Made by a program: the position numbers and the translations under genes. The notes below the pieces were generated by a model. That model saw only the letters and a program-made list of their open reading frames with translations. It was not told the origin of the DNA and searched no databases. A DNA stretch of 64,000 nucleotides, from assembly GCA_018266475.1 (NCBI GenBank), contig JAFEAI010000244.1:8391-72390 (forward strand), in the 5' to 3' direction. This document shows, one piece after another, positions 54,786 to 64,000 of this stretch. Source of the DNA: Bacteroidota bacterium (GTDB lineage: Bacteria > Bacteroidota > Bacteroidia > Flavobacteriales_F > PHOS-HE28). The first letter of the stretch is position 1. Every line of letters begins with the position of its first letter.

Positions 54786-56129
54786 GTGAGCCTCAAACGC
54801 GGCATCATCTCCACCTTCTTCGTCCAGGCCCCCACCTTGATGATGTACTTCGTGTCCAGCATGTGCATGACGCGCATCCTGGGCAATGAGGGCCGGGGTG
54901 CCTACGCATTGCTGCAGAACCAGGTGTCGCTGCTGGCCATGCTCTTCGGGCTTAGCCTTTCATTGGGCATCACTTATTTCACCACCAGGAACAATGGCGA
55001 CCCCTCGCAGGTTGTGCGCGTGGCCGCAACCGGCTTCCTCTTCAACCTGGTCGGCGTAGGCGCCGCATTGCTGTTCATCTTCCACAGCTCCGGCGCAAGC
55101 GCGGTCTTCCTGCCTGCGGAGGGCCGCCATTGGGGATACCTGCTCTACCTGTTGCTCTGCATTCTGGCCGGGCAGGTGAACGGCTGGATCAGCGCGATAC
55201 TGCTGAGCCTGAAGAAATTCCGCACCTTGAACCAACTGGGGTTTCTTGCGTCGGCACTGAATGCCGTTGGCTTCTCCATCCTCTATTTTGCACGGGCGCA
55301 CATCGGCCCCGGCCACGGGCTGCCCATGGTGCTCGCCATCAGCCTGGGGGCCATCCTGCTTATGACCACCGTATGGTGCATGGTGTATGTGCGCGTGGTG
55401 GGCATCATGCCCGTGCCTACCTGGGACTGGGCCGTGCTGCGCCCTTTTCTGGCCTTTGTGCTGATCAGTTACGTAAGCGACTTGATCAACCTGATCAACT
55501 ACCGCTTTGACGTGTGGGTGGTGGGCACCAGTGCCGGCACGGCGCAGCTCGGGCTGTATGCCGTGGCCGTGGGCCTTGGCCAGTTGTTCTTCTACATCCC
55601 CGAGCCCTTCTCCCGGGTGGTACAGCCTTACCTGTACGGTGATTCAGGGCCTGCCATGATCGAAAAATACAAGGTGATCACCCGCCTGAACTTTACTACC
55701 GTGGCCGTGCTGTGCCTGGCGCTGGGCCTTACCGCCTCATGGGTGATCCCGCTGCTGTACGGCAATGCCTTCCTGGATGCTGCGGCACCACTGTATTGGC
55801 TCCTGCCCGGCATTGTGTTTGTGAGCAGTTCAAAGCTGGTAACCCCGTTAGTGGTGCAAGGCGGCCTGATCCGGTATTACCTCTATGCCACCAGCGCGGC
55901 CGCGGTCATTACCGTGGTGCTGGACCTGCTCCTGGTGCCTGCCTGGGGAATCCGGGGGGCAGCCTTGGCCAGCACCATCGCCTATGCCGCATTGTTGATC
56001 TTCCAATCTGCCGCCGTTCGCTACAAAATGGGGATCAAGGTGAGCGACATGTTCCTGATCAAGAATTCCGATGCGGTTAAGTTGCGTCTCTTCCTCAAAG
56101 ACCGGTTGTCCGCTCTCCGATCAGTATGA
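54786..56129 (+). CDS. wzx: Wzx-type oligosaccharide flippase (polysaccharide biosynthesis protein family), GTG start.
   Basis: 12+ TM helices; N-terminus SLKRGIISTFFVQAPTLMMYFVSSMCMTRILGNEGRGAYAL typical of Wzx/RfbX. GTG at 54786 is the first start after the upstream stop. Confidence 0.65.
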   Translation: MSLKRGIISTFFVQAPTLMMYFVSSMCMTRILGNEGRGAYALLQNQVSLLAMLFGLSLSLGITYFTTRNNGDPSQVVRVAATGFLFNLVGVGAALLFIFHSSGASAVFLPAEGRHWGYLLYLLLCILAGQVNGWISAILLSLKKFRTLNQLGFLASALNAVGFSILYFARAHIGPGHGLPMVLAISLGAILLMTTVWCMVYVRVVGIMPVPTWDWAVLRPFLAFVLISYVSDLINLINYRFDVWVVGTSAGTAQLGLYAVAVGLGQLFFYIPEPFSRVVQPYLYGDSGPAMIEKYKVITRLNFTTVAVLCLALGLTASWVIPLLYGNAFLDAAAPLYWLLPGIVFVSSSKLVTPLVVQGGLIRYYLYATSAAAVITVVLDLLLVPAWGIRGAALASTIAYAALLIFQSAAVRYKMGIKVSDMFLIKNSDAVKLRLFLKDRLSALRSV

Positions 56130-56986
56130 ACTATCCGAGCAACAGCTTTCCACCTCCCCTGTCCATTGGGCGGCCGCTGGTTTCCATCATCATGCCGTGC
56201 CGCAATGCCGCGCCTTTTGTGGAGGCCTGCATCCGCTCGGTGCTCGCACAATCTTGGGACAACTGGGAATTGCTGGTCATCGACAACGGATCCTCCGACG
56301 GAAGCAGGGCGATCATTGCCGCCTTCAACGACCCTAGGATAATTGTGCTGGATGAGCCTGAAAAGGGCGTTTCCCGCGCACGCAACCGGGGGCTGGAGCG
56401 CATGCGCGGGGAGTACTTCTGCTTTCTTGATGCGGATGACATCCTTCCGGTCCATTCGATCCGCCTGCGGCTCGGCCTGTTCCGGCGATACCCCGACGCA
56501 CGATTTGCCGACGGTGCCATGCAGTCCTTCAACACGCATACGGGCGCAGTGGAATGGGTACGGTCACCCTGGCTGAACGGGATGCCGTTCGATGCACTGA
56601 TGCGCATGGACGGATCGTGCTTCGTGGGCAATACGTGGATGGTGAAGCGCATGCCTGGCAAGCAATACCGCTTGCCGGAGCACATGGACCATTCGGAGGA
56701 CCATGCGTTCTACTTCAGCATCAGCCGGGAAGGGCGCTATGCGAGCACCGCCCGCGTAGTGCTCCAATACAGGAAGGGCCATACCTCTGCAAACAGCGAC
56801 CCGCTGGACGGCCATAAGGGGTACATCGCGCTTTTCAGGCATATCCGCGCGTTGTCACCGCCCCCCTCCGATGCCCAATTGGCCAACGCCTGGGCGCATT
56901 TGCGGCGCATCATGTTCAAGGACCTCGTGAAGGCCGGCCGCCCGTGGCGCGCCCTGGCCATGTGGGCCAAGCGACAGCCCGCGTAG
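56126..56986 (+). CDS. Family-2 glycosyltransferase.
   Basis: VSIIMPCRNAAPFVEACIRSVLAQSWDNWELLVIDNGSSDGS; FLDADD. ATGA overlap with wzx. Confidence 0.8.
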   Translation: MNYPSNSFPPPLSIGRPLVSIIMPCRNAAPFVEACIRSVLAQSWDNWELLVIDNGSSDGSRAIIAAFNDPRIIVLDEPEKGVSRARNRGLERMRGEYFCFLDADDILPVHSIRLRLGLFRRYPDARFADGAMQSFNTHTGAVEWVRSPWLNGMPFDALMRMDGSCFVGNTWMVKRMPGKQYRLPEHMDHSEDHAFYFSISREGRYASTARVVLQYRKGHTSANSDPLDGHKGYIALFRHIRALSPPPSDAQLANAWAHLRRIMFKDLVKAGRPWRALAMWAKRQPA

Positions 56987-56989
56987 CGC

Positions 56990-58246
56990 CTACCCCGCTG
57001 CGCCATAAAGGTCACGATACACTTGTTCCGCAATGCGGAAGCTGCGGTACCGCTCCGCTATCGCACGGATCCGGGCCTGCAATTGCGGCCGGTCCTCGTT
57101 CTTCAGCACCTGGTCCATGTCATGCACGGCCTGTTCATAGCCTGCCCGGTCCAAGGTGTGGATCACGCTCCCGATCGCATGGGAAGCGATCAGGTCCGAA
57201 TCATCGGAAATGCCTGGCGTGATCATTACGGGCAGGCCCGCCGCCCAATACTCCCCGTCCTTGATGGGCGTGCAAAAGCGCTTGGTGGGCACGGGCTTCA
57301 CCGGTGTGATGGCCCAATCGGCCATGGCCAGGAATTCCGGTACCTCCTGCGGCTTCGCCCATTGCACGGTGAACATGCCCGGGGGCAGGCCGGCCCCCAG
57401 CATGTAAGGGGCAAGTTCCTCCGCCGTGTGCGAGGTGAGCAGCAACACATGGAACTTTTCTCCCCAATGGTCGCGCGCCGCACGGAACAGGTCGAACACT
57501 TCCTGGCCGAGGTAGATGCCGCCGAACTTGCCCGCGTAAACGGCCACCAGCTTACCCTGCAAGCCCGGCGGCCTGGATGCCCCCCCTTCGCCATTCCGCT
57601 GAGCGGCAAACCTGGCCAGGTCCACGCATGCAGGCTTTACGTAAAAGTGCTGCGGCACCATGCCGTAACGCTGCTTGGCGTATTCGCGCATGCCGCTGGC
57701 TGCTGCCACCACTGCGGCGGCCCGCCGCGTTTGCAGGCGTTCAAAGAGGAACAATATCCGGAAGGCAACACCACCCTTGCGCCAGGTACCGTTCTCCACC
57801 ATGGCCTCGGCATGCGGCTCATAGCTGTCCACCACCAAGGGCCGGCGGCTGAGAACGGACACCAAATAACCCAGCATGCCCGCCGGTGTACACCACGCAT
57901 GCACCACATCGATCCGGTGCTTCTCCACGATGCCGCGCAAGGCCATCACCAGTGATGGCAGCGCGACCATGCCCCGCATGCCGAACGGCCGGTACGGGAA
58001 GGAATGGTGCAAAATGCCGGCCTCCCCATCAATTGTACTTCCTTTCCGCTGCTCCTTGTCCAGGGTAACCAAGTGTATGCGGCTGCCCCGCGGCAATATC
58101 CCCAAGATCTGGCGCAGGTACGGCAAGGTGTAGTTCACCACCAAGGGATCCCCCTGGTCCCAGTACGTGATCACCAGCAATTTGAGCGCTCCTCCTCCGT
58201 AGCCGCCCTTTTGCCAAGGCAACTTGTCCGCCACCTTCCCGCTCAT
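56990..58246 (-). CDS. Family-4/GT1 glycosyltransferase (inverted relative to the surrounding cluster).
   Basis: GT-B layout with C-terminal motif region (ITPVKPVPTKRFCTPIKDGEYWAAGLPVMITPG). Confidence 0.7.
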   Translation of the reverse strand: MSGKVADKLPWQKGGYGGGALKLLVITYWDQGDPLVVNYTLPYLRQILGILPRGSRIHLVTLDKEQRKGSTIDGEAGILHHSFPYRPFGMRGMVALPSLVMALRGIVEKHRIDVVHAWCTPAGMLGYLVSVLSRRPLVVDSYEPHAEAMVENGTWRKGGVAFRILFLFERLQTRRAAAVVAAASGMREYAKQRYGMVPQHFYVKPACVDLARFAAQRNGEGGASRPPGLQGKLVAVYAGKFGGIYLGQEVFDLFRAARDHWGEKFHVLLLTSHTAEELAPYMLGAGLPPGMFTVQWAKPQEVPEFLAMADWAITPVKPVPTKRFCTPIKDGEYWAAGLPVMITPGISDDSDLIASHAIGSVIHTLDRAGYEQAVHDMDQVLKNEDRPQLQARIRAIAERYRSFRIAEQVYRDLYGAAG

Positions 58247-59703
58247 CCGTTGCCTGCCTTGTGCCCTTGCTGCCCCGCTGCCATGGCAGCCGGGGGCACC
58301 CTGTACTTCGTAAGATCAAAATGCACACCCTTCCGGCGCGCCTGCTCCCGCTCCTTGTGCAGGTACAACACGATGAAAAGGCTGCTGATGTAGAATGGCA
58401 CCATCGGTATCTTGAACCTGACCAGCGCACCGAAATTCGGCGTGGTAATGCCTACCACGAAGGCGAAGAGCAGGGCAAAGGTCATGGACATCATCAGCAA
58501 GGGGTTCGATGCGATCGCGCGGAAAAAGAACCGCAGCCCCGCCTTTGCCAGTACATAGATGGTAAGGACCAGCACAAAAAGATTCTCCAATCCGCTTAAC
58601 GCAGTAACCGCATTTCTCGTCTCCCACAGGTAGGGCCTGAAGAGCGCCGCATTTGTGGCGATGGGGAACTTGCCAAGCACTCCGGTCCATGTCCCGTCAA
58701 ATTCACCGATATCGAACTTGTTTGACCCGTATGCGTCATTGGATGAAAGATCACTCTGAATGTTCTGAATGTTGCCCAGGGCATCATCCAGGGCGAATTT
58801 GTCAAACATGTCGCCCATGCGGGAAAGAATGAAAATGGAGAGCGACACCAGCACAAGGGCGAGCAATGGAATGAGCACGAACCGCACCAGTATGTTCCGC
58901 AAGCGCACCACGCGCATGTACAGCAGCCAGAGCAGCGTGGCGGGTAAGAGCACCATGAAGATGTAGGGTTTGATCTTGATCATCACCGCAGCACAGAACA
59001 CGATGAGCACGGTGCGGCTTACAACGTTTCTGCGCTTGAAGAACACCTCATCCACCGCATATACCCAACCACATGCGGCGCTGAAAGTGAAGGTGTCCTT
59101 CATGATCCCGGACCCCCAGAATATCGCTGACGGCATGAAGAGGAACCCGATGGCCAACTGGCCCGTCAATTGTGGAAAATAACTGACAAATGTCCGGTAG
59201 CACGCCCAGATTCCCGCAAAGGAGAACGTCGCCATGATCAAGGAACTCAACAAATAACTATTGAAGGTCACCGTCGATAGCAGCGCACTGATTCGCACCG
59301 CCTGGAATGTCCTCCCGTCCGTGAACACATAGGACCAAGGCAGAATGCTCTGTGCAGAGTACTGGTTCAGGGCCCGCGCCGAATTATCCCCAAGGAATAC
59401 CTGCCTGAAGTATTCCACTGGATCAATGAGCAGCATTTTATTCATGGCAACGCCCGAATAAAAATAGGAAATCGTATCACCATTTTTATAGTAATAAAAA
59501 TAAATCAACGCAAAGAAAACAGCTCCAACTATTTTGGCCAAAAATCCAGATATAAAATATTTATATTCAGGATGCAACTTTATATTCATTTTCTTCTTCC
59601 TTCCATAATACAAATACATAGCCATTACATACAATACGCCCAGCATATACTCCCATGGCTCAATGCCCACCTCACCGTGATATTCCAACAGGATCAGCAG
59701 CAT
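58243..59703 (-). CDS. Polytopic membrane protein, Wzy-like O-antigen polymerase candidate; 5' third strongly AT-rich.
   Basis: ~10-12 TM helices with a large periplasmic loop (SRMGDMFDKFALDDALGNIQNIQSDLSSNDAYGSNKFDIGEFDG...). GC ~28% over 59461-59640 versus ~65% locally. Confidence 0.45.
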   Translation of the reverse strand: MLLILLEYHGEVGIEPWEYMLGVLYVMAMYLYYGRKKKMNIKLHPEYKYFISGFLAKIVGAVFFALIYFYYYKNGDTISYFYSGVAMNKMLLIDPVEYFRQVFLGDNSARALNQYSAQSILPWSYVFTDGRTFQAVRISALLSTVTFNSYLLSSLIMATFSFAGIWACYRTFVSYFPQLTGQLAIGFLFMPSAIFWGSGIMKDTFTFSAACGWVYAVDEVFFKRRNVVSRTVLIVFCAAVMIKIKPYIFMVLLPATLLWLLYMRVVRLRNILVRFVLIPLLALVLVSLSIFILSRMGDMFDKFALDDALGNIQNIQSDLSSNDAYGSNKFDIGEFDGTWTGVLGKFPIATNAALFRPYLWETRNAVTALSGLENLFVLVLTIYVLAKAGLRFFFRAIASNPLLMMSMTFALLFAFVVGITTPNFGALVRFKIPMVPFYISSLFIVLYLHKEREQARRKGVHFDLTKYRVPPAAMAAGQQGHKAGNG

Positions 59704-59932
59704 TACACCTCCGGCATCAATTTCCCGTACCTCATACCTTCCGCGTCATTTGCCATTGGCATCCCAAAACTACAGCTCAGCAAGAAACGGGCGTTTTGAC
59801 CGGCCACGTGGCAAACCCCGCCTCCCTGCACTTCCCCGGTCTGGTGGAACGCCATCCTGACCCCGCCTGATCCCTGGAAGATTCCCCGAACCCCGGCTGC
59901 CATGCAGGGATGCACCGCTACCTTCGCAGGCC

Positions 59933-60811
59933 ATGCCAGCCACCACCGCCCGACCGTGCCCGCTTTGCGGTGCATCCAGCCATTCCCAAGTCCGGCATTT
60001 TGCGAGGCATCACCTGGTGGAATGCCGACGGTGCCGCATGGTGTACACGGCCTGGGAACCCACGGCCGGCGAGCTGCAAGCCTACTACAACAACTATCCG
60101 GTTACTTCGGAAACATCGCCCATCACGCTGCTCCGCTACGATGAGCTGCTGGCGCGGTTCGCCAAGTACAGGAAGGCCGGCCATCTGCTGGACGCCGGAT
60201 GCGGCAGCGGGCACTTCCTGGCCCGTGCAATGGCACGCGGATGGAAGGTGCATGGCACCGAGTTCGGTGATGCGCAAATTGCGGAATGCCGTGCAAAAGG
60301 CATCCCCATGTCGAAGGCCCAGGTGGACCCGTCGGCCATACCGCCCGGCGGCTTTGACGTCGTTTGCTCCTTCGAGGTGATCGAGCATGTAACCCACCCG
60401 CAAAAGGAACTTGACCAGTTGCTGGCGGTGCTCCGGCCCGGCGGACTGCTGTACATGACCACCCCGAATTTCAACTGCCTGGCCCGGCGATGGGCCCCGG
60501 AAACCTGGAACGTGGTGAGCTACCCCGAGCACTTGAACTACTTCACGCCCCGCACACTGCACAAGCTGCTGCGCTCCAAAGGCATGCGACGGGCATGGTT
60601 GGAGACCACAGGGTTCAGCGTTTCACGCTGGAAGACCGGCACAAGTGAATCCGCAGCGGTGCGCATGAACGCACAGCAAAGCCAGGAAGCACTGCGTGAA
60701 AAGATGGAACGCTCCTGGTACTTGAACAAGGGCAAGCACATGGCCAATGCCCTGTTGACCGCCAGCGGCCTGGGCGATAGCATGAAGGCCGCGTATGCGA
60801 AGCCGTCCTGA
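59933..60811 (+). CDS. Class I SAM-dependent methyltransferase with N-terminal Cys4 zinc ribbon.
   Basis: CPLCG...CRRC. SAM motif LLDAGCGSGHFL; VVCSFEVIEHV. Confidence 0.7.
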   Translation: MPATTARPCPLCGASSHSQVRHFARHHLVECRRCRMVYTAWEPTAGELQAYYNNYPVTSETSPITLLRYDELLARFAKYRKAGHLLDAGCGSGHFLARAMARGWKVHGTEFGDAQIAECRAKGIPMSKAQVDPSAIPPGGFDVVCSFEVIEHVTHPQKELDQLLAVLRPGGLLYMTTPNFNCLARRWAPETWNVVSYPEHLNYFTPRTLHKLLRSKGMRRAWLETTGFSVSRWKTGTSESAAVRMNAQQSQEALREKMERSWYLNKGKHMANALLTASGLGDSMKAAYAKPS

Positions 60812-60892
60812 AGACCGCCAAATGATGCTCCTGCTTTCTCGTCCCTGATCATGGAGGCACCTCACGGAACCACGGTTGCCCAAGGGCCGGCA

Positions 60893-61849
60893 ATGACATC
60901 CGCCGCCAAGCGCATTCTGACCTTCCTGCTCCTGGCGGCCGCCGTGTACATCGCCGCAGTGGCCGCATTGGCCAACATAAAGCCCAACGGCAGCCCGTTG
61001 ATCTACCGTACGGCCAGCTACTACATCTGGCCCGGCGGCACCACGTGGATGCAATTCCATGAATTTGCCCCGCACCGGCGGTATGATGCGGTGATCGTGG
61101 GTTCATCACACGCCTACCGCGGCTATGACCCGGCCGTGTTCGCCCAACGCGGCTTCCGCGTGTTCAACCTGGGTTCCAGCTCGCAAACGCCGCTGAACAG
61201 CTATTGGCTGATCCGCGCATTCTTGGACAGCACGAACGCCCCGCTGGTGATCTTCGATGCCTACGATACCGCCGCTGCCATCTCCGGCTTTGAGAGCACC
61301 ATGGACCTTGGCCAAAACCAGCCCAGCAACGAGGCGGCCATCGGCATGGCCTGGTCGCAACGCGACCTCCGCATGGTGAACATGTTGGCCGTGCGTTTCC
61401 TGGCCGACCGGTCCACGCCATTTTCCACCAACCCAGAATACATGGGTTCGGGATTCACCCCGCACTTGGACAGTATAAAGACCGATGCGCCGCCGGATGG
61501 CGGTGTGCCTGCCCACCTGCTGGCCAGGCAGAAATACTTCATCGGGCAGTGCATCGACCTCTGCGAAGAGCGTGGCATAGCGCTGGTATTCACCTCACAC
61601 TTTGCCCGGGCCAACCTGCGCGGGCGGTTCCACGACCCGATGGTACACTTCATGGACAGCCTGCACACCGCGCGGGGAATCCGCTTCCTGGATTTCACCC
61701 GCTTGCCCGGCATCGACGACCGCAACTGGTTTGCGGACGCCAACCACCTGAACCTCGCCGGCGCACGGATCTTTACAGGGCAATTGGTGGATTCACTGGT
61801 TTCCCTGGGCTATCTCCATCCCGGCACCTCCGCGGAACCCTTCAAATAG
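60893..61849 (+). CDS. Membrane-anchored SGNH/DltD/AlgX-like protein (possible polysaccharide O-acylation accessory), uncertain.
   Basis: N-terminal TM anchor (ILTFLLLAAAVYIAAVAALA). VIVGSSHAYRG and FNLGSSSQTP blocks reminiscent of SGNH/DltD-type proteins. Not verified. Confidence 0.35.
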   Translation: MTSAAKRILTFLLLAAAVYIAAVAALANIKPNGSPLIYRTASYYIWPGGTTWMQFHEFAPHRRYDAVIVGSSHAYRGYDPAVFAQRGFRVFNLGSSSQTPLNSYWLIRAFLDSTNAPLVIFDAYDTAAAISGFESTMDLGQNQPSNEAAIGMAWSQRDLRMVNMLAVRFLADRSTPFSTNPEYMGSGFTPHLDSIKTDAPPDGGVPAHLLARQKYFIGQCIDLCEERGIALVFTSHFARANLRGRFHDPMVHFMDSLHTARGIRFLDFTRLPGIDDRNWFADANHLNLAGARIFTGQLVDSLVSLGYLHPGTSAEPFK

Positions 61850-61871
61850 CCCGTTCCGCAGAAGCCCCCCA

Positions 61872-62336
61872 TCACCCATGATGGTACCCCGTCCCCTTCA
61901 AAATAGCCTCCGCCCGGTACAGCTGCTCAGCAAAGAGCACGCGGACCAACTGGTGCGGAAACACCATCGGTGAAAGGGACAACACCAGATCGGCACGGTG
62001 GCGCACGGCATCCGTAAGGCCGTAGGCACCTCCAATGATGAAGGCGAGGTCGCGCACGCCCTGGTCACGCCAGCTGCCAAGCTGTGCGGCGAAGGCGGGG
62101 CTGGTGAGGAGCTTGCCGCGCTCATCAAGCACCACCACCTTTTCGCCGGGTTTCAGCGCGGCCAGGATGCGGTCGCTTTCGGTGCGTTGCTGCCATCCGG
62201 GTTCCCCGCGCCCGGCATCGGGCAGCACCACCTCCTCCACCGGCACCGTGCGCCGGATGCGGGCCAGGTAATGCACCAGGCCTTCGGCCACGAATCCGCG
62301 CTCGGTGCGCCCTACCAGGATCAACCGGTACCTCAT
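61872..62336 (-). CDS. rlmH: 23S rRNA (pseudouridine1915-N3)-methyltransferase RlmH.
   Basis: MRYRLILVGRTERGFVAEG...FIIGGAYGLTDAV...HQLVRVLFAEQLYRA colinear with E. coli RlmH. Confidence 0.85.
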   Translation of the reverse strand: MRYRLILVGRTERGFVAEGLVHYLARIRRTVPVEEVVLPDAGRGEPGWQQRTESDRILAALKPGEKVVVLDERGKLLTSPAFAAQLGSWRDQGVRDLAFIIGGAYGLTDAVRHRADLVLSLSPMVFPHQLVRVLFAEQLYRAEAILKGTGYHHG

Positions 62337-62494
62337 GCCCCTGCGGCTTTCTGAAGGCGCACCCGGCCACGGCGGCCATCCGCGACCGGGGCGCGCAGCG
62401 CCCGCGCCCCCAGTTCTTCGCTTTGTCCGCTTGTTGGTAACTCCCGCAGCATCACCGTGCAAATGTGGCCCGTTCTTTGCAAACTTGCATTCCC

Positions 62495-62908
62495 ATGCGA
62501 CACACGTTCCTCATCAGGCTTCTTTTTCCCTTGGCCGCCCTGCTGGCCTTTACCGGTGCCAAGGCACAAAGCGAAGTGAAGGCCCAGGTGGTTTCCGCCA
62601 TCGGCGCGGGCAATTCCGCAGCGCTTGCGAAGTACCTCGTGCCCAATGTGGACATGACCCTGCCCTCGGCAAGCGATTACTACAGCAAGGCACAGGCCGA
62701 GCAGATGCTCCGCAAGTTCTTTGATGAGCACCCGCCCAAGGGGCTGGCCATTGAGCACGAAGGGAACAACCGGGGCGGCGACAGCTACTACATCGGCAAC
62801 CTGGCCACCGCCAACGGCGATTTCAGGGTCACCTTCTTCCTGAAGAAGTCCGACGACGGCTTCCAGGTGAAGCAACTGCGCATTGAACCCGGAAAAGCCG
62901 ACCGCTGA
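62495..62908 (+). CDS. Hypothetical small secreted protein (possibly DUF4783-like).
   Basis: Signal peptide MRHTFLIRLLFPLAALLAFTGAKAQ. 1-nt overlap of its stop with the nadC start. Confidence 0.4.
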   Translation: MRHTFLIRLLFPLAALLAFTGAKAQSEVKAQVVSAIGAGNSAALAKYLVPNVDMTLPSASDYYSKAQAEQMLRKFFDEHPPKGLAIEHEGNNRGGDSYYIGNLATANGDFRVTFFLKKSDDGFQVKQLRIEPGKADR

Positions 62909-63753
62909 TGCTGCCAGAGGGGACCGGAGAGCTCATCCAGCGCGCCTTTGCCGAGGACGTGGGCAGCGGCGACCACACCTCGTTGGCCACCATTCCCGCC
63001 GATGCCAAGGGGGCCGCGCACCTGCTGGTGAAGGCCCCCGGCATACTGGCCGGCGTGGAACTGGCTGCGGCCGTATGCGGCCAGGTGGACGAACGCCTGC
63101 ATTTGCGCCCCCTGCTGATGGATGGCGCACATGTGGCCCCCAGCGATGTGGCCTTCACCCTCACCGGCCCTTCGCGAAGCATCCTGCTGGCCGAGCGGGT
63201 GCTGCTGAACTTCATGCAGCGCATGAGCGGCATCGCCACGCTGACGCGCGCCTTCGTGGATGCCGTGGAAGGCACCAAATGCCGCGTGCTGGACACCCGC
63301 AAGACCACGCCGGGGCTGCGCACCATCGAAAAGTGGGCCGTGCGCATCGGCGGCGGCATGAACCACCGCATGGGGTTGTACGACATGATGATGATAAAGG
63401 ACAACCACGCGGATTTCGCGGGCGGCATTCCCCAAGCCATCCAGCGGGCCCTGGCCTACCAGCAGGCGCACGCCATGGCCATCCCCATCGAGGTGGAAAC
63501 GCGCAACCTCGCTGAAGTGGAGCAAGTGCTCACCACCGGCGGCGTGCAGCGCATCATGCTGGACAACTTCAGCACCACCGAGCTCCGCCAGGCCGTGCAG
63601 CTGATCCAAGGCCGCTACGAAACCGAGGCCAGCGGCGGCATCACGCTGGATACCGCCAGGTCCTACGCGGCCTGCGGCGTGGATTTCATCTCCGTGGGCG
63701 CATTGACGCATTCCGTGCCCGGCCTGGACCTCAGCCTTAAAGCCATGGGCTGA
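62908..63753 (+). CDS. nadC: Nicotinate-nucleotide pyrophosphorylase (quinolinate phosphoribosyltransferase).
   Basis: Full-length colinearity with NadC (LDTRKTTPGLR, MIKDNH, SGGI). Confidence 0.9.
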   Translation: MLPEGTGELIQRAFAEDVGSGDHTSLATIPADAKGAAHLLVKAPGILAGVELAAAVCGQVDERLHLRPLLMDGAHVAPSDVAFTLTGPSRSILLAERVLLNFMQRMSGIATLTRAFVDAVEGTKCRVLDTRKTTPGLRTIEKWAVRIGGGMNHRMGLYDMMMIKDNHADFAGGIPQAIQRALAYQQAHAMAIPIEVETRNLAEVEQVLTTGGVQRIMLDNFSTTELRQAVQLIQGRYETEASGGITLDTARSYAACGVDFISVGALTHSVPGLDLSLKAMG

Positions 63754-64000
63754 TGGCCGCGCGGCTACTGCGGAAGATCCTGTTCTCACGCACGGTCCGC
63801 AGGACCATCGGGGCGTTGCAACGCATCGTGCTGCCGGGCTTCGGCGGGTTCAGCGTGTACCACATCTCCCGCTTCTTTTTCCACGCCCTCTTCAACGGCA
63901 ACCTGGTGGACCGCGCCGCCGCCATCAGCTTCCGCCTGTTCACCGCCCTCTTCCCCGCGATCATCGTGCTGCTCACCCTGATCCCCTTCATCCCCGTGCC
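63753..64000 (+). CDS. YihY/BrkB-family membrane protein, 3'-truncated at window end.
   Basis: MAARLLRKILFSRTVRRTIGALQRIVLPGFGGFSVYHISRFFFHALFNGNLVDRAAAISFRLFTALFPAIIVLLTLIPF matches the YihY N-terminus. ATG overlaps the nadC stop (TGATG). Confidence 0.6.
   Translation, partial: MAARLLRKILFSRTVRRTIGALQRIVLPGFGGFSVYHISRFFFHALFNGNLVDRAAAISFRLFTALFPAIIVLLTLIPFIPV

Noticed and set aside
57023-57955. 310-aa plus-strand ORF antisense to the inverted GT4 gene
   Set aside because: Opposite strand has GT-B glycosyltransferase features; this frame is H/R/G-rich without motifs.
59589-59703. Possibility that the Wzy-like gene starts at M39 (ATG 59589) with the upstream AT-rich stretch being promoter
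   Set aside because: A 38-codon stop-free frame through 28% GC DNA is unlikely by chance (~4%), and the upstream residues form a plausible first TM helix. Kept the long start but flagged uncertainty.

Overview
High-GC (~65%) Bacteroidota-like chromosomal window, the phylum call resting on a T9SS Por C-terminal sorting domain (36597..38873) and Bacteroidota-typical DUF families (DUF3822/DUF4783/DUF2490-like). Contents in order: (1) the 3' end of a secondary-metabolite cluster: a 5'-truncated hybrid NRPS-PKS gene (A-PCP-KS-AT-ACP-aminotransferase), a terminal NRPS module (C-A-PCP-TE) and an Sfp-type phosphopantetheinyl transferase; (2) a housekeeping stretch (RecD-like helicase, rsmD-coaD, NUDIX, pyrE, MsbA-like ABC exporter, rsmG, ECF sigma, tgt, LptF/G permease, cysH, Mug-like UDG, FadD-like ligase, SCO1, DUF488, ABC-F, rluD, T9SS cargo, PASTA protein, ddl); (3) a ~20 kb surface-polysaccharide/O-antigen-type locus (ArnT/PMT-like membrane GT, WecE-like aminotransferase, WecD-like GNAT, ArnC-like GT2, WbpG-type amidotransferase fused to a GT N-domain, FkbM methyltransferase, two tandem TuaH-like GT paralogs, GT4, GT2, Wzx, GT2, inverted GT4 + AT-rich Wzy-like gene, SAM-MTase, SGNH-like protein); then rlmH, nadC and a partial yihY. 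No rRNA, tRNA or CRISPR was seen. Non-genic signals worth a second look: a 23-nt identical sequence shared between the NRPS coding region and an intergenic hairpin element (third partial copy at 49.0 kb); a family of GGNNGTC/GTTGTYR heptamer tandem arrays at four loci, one in-frame inside the NRPS-PKS gene; a 229-bp nested inverted-repeat element with CACGGAT iterons upstream of ddl; and a strongly AT-rich 5' segment in the Wzy-like gene. All calls are from reading the sequence and ORF translations by eye; no database searches were run.
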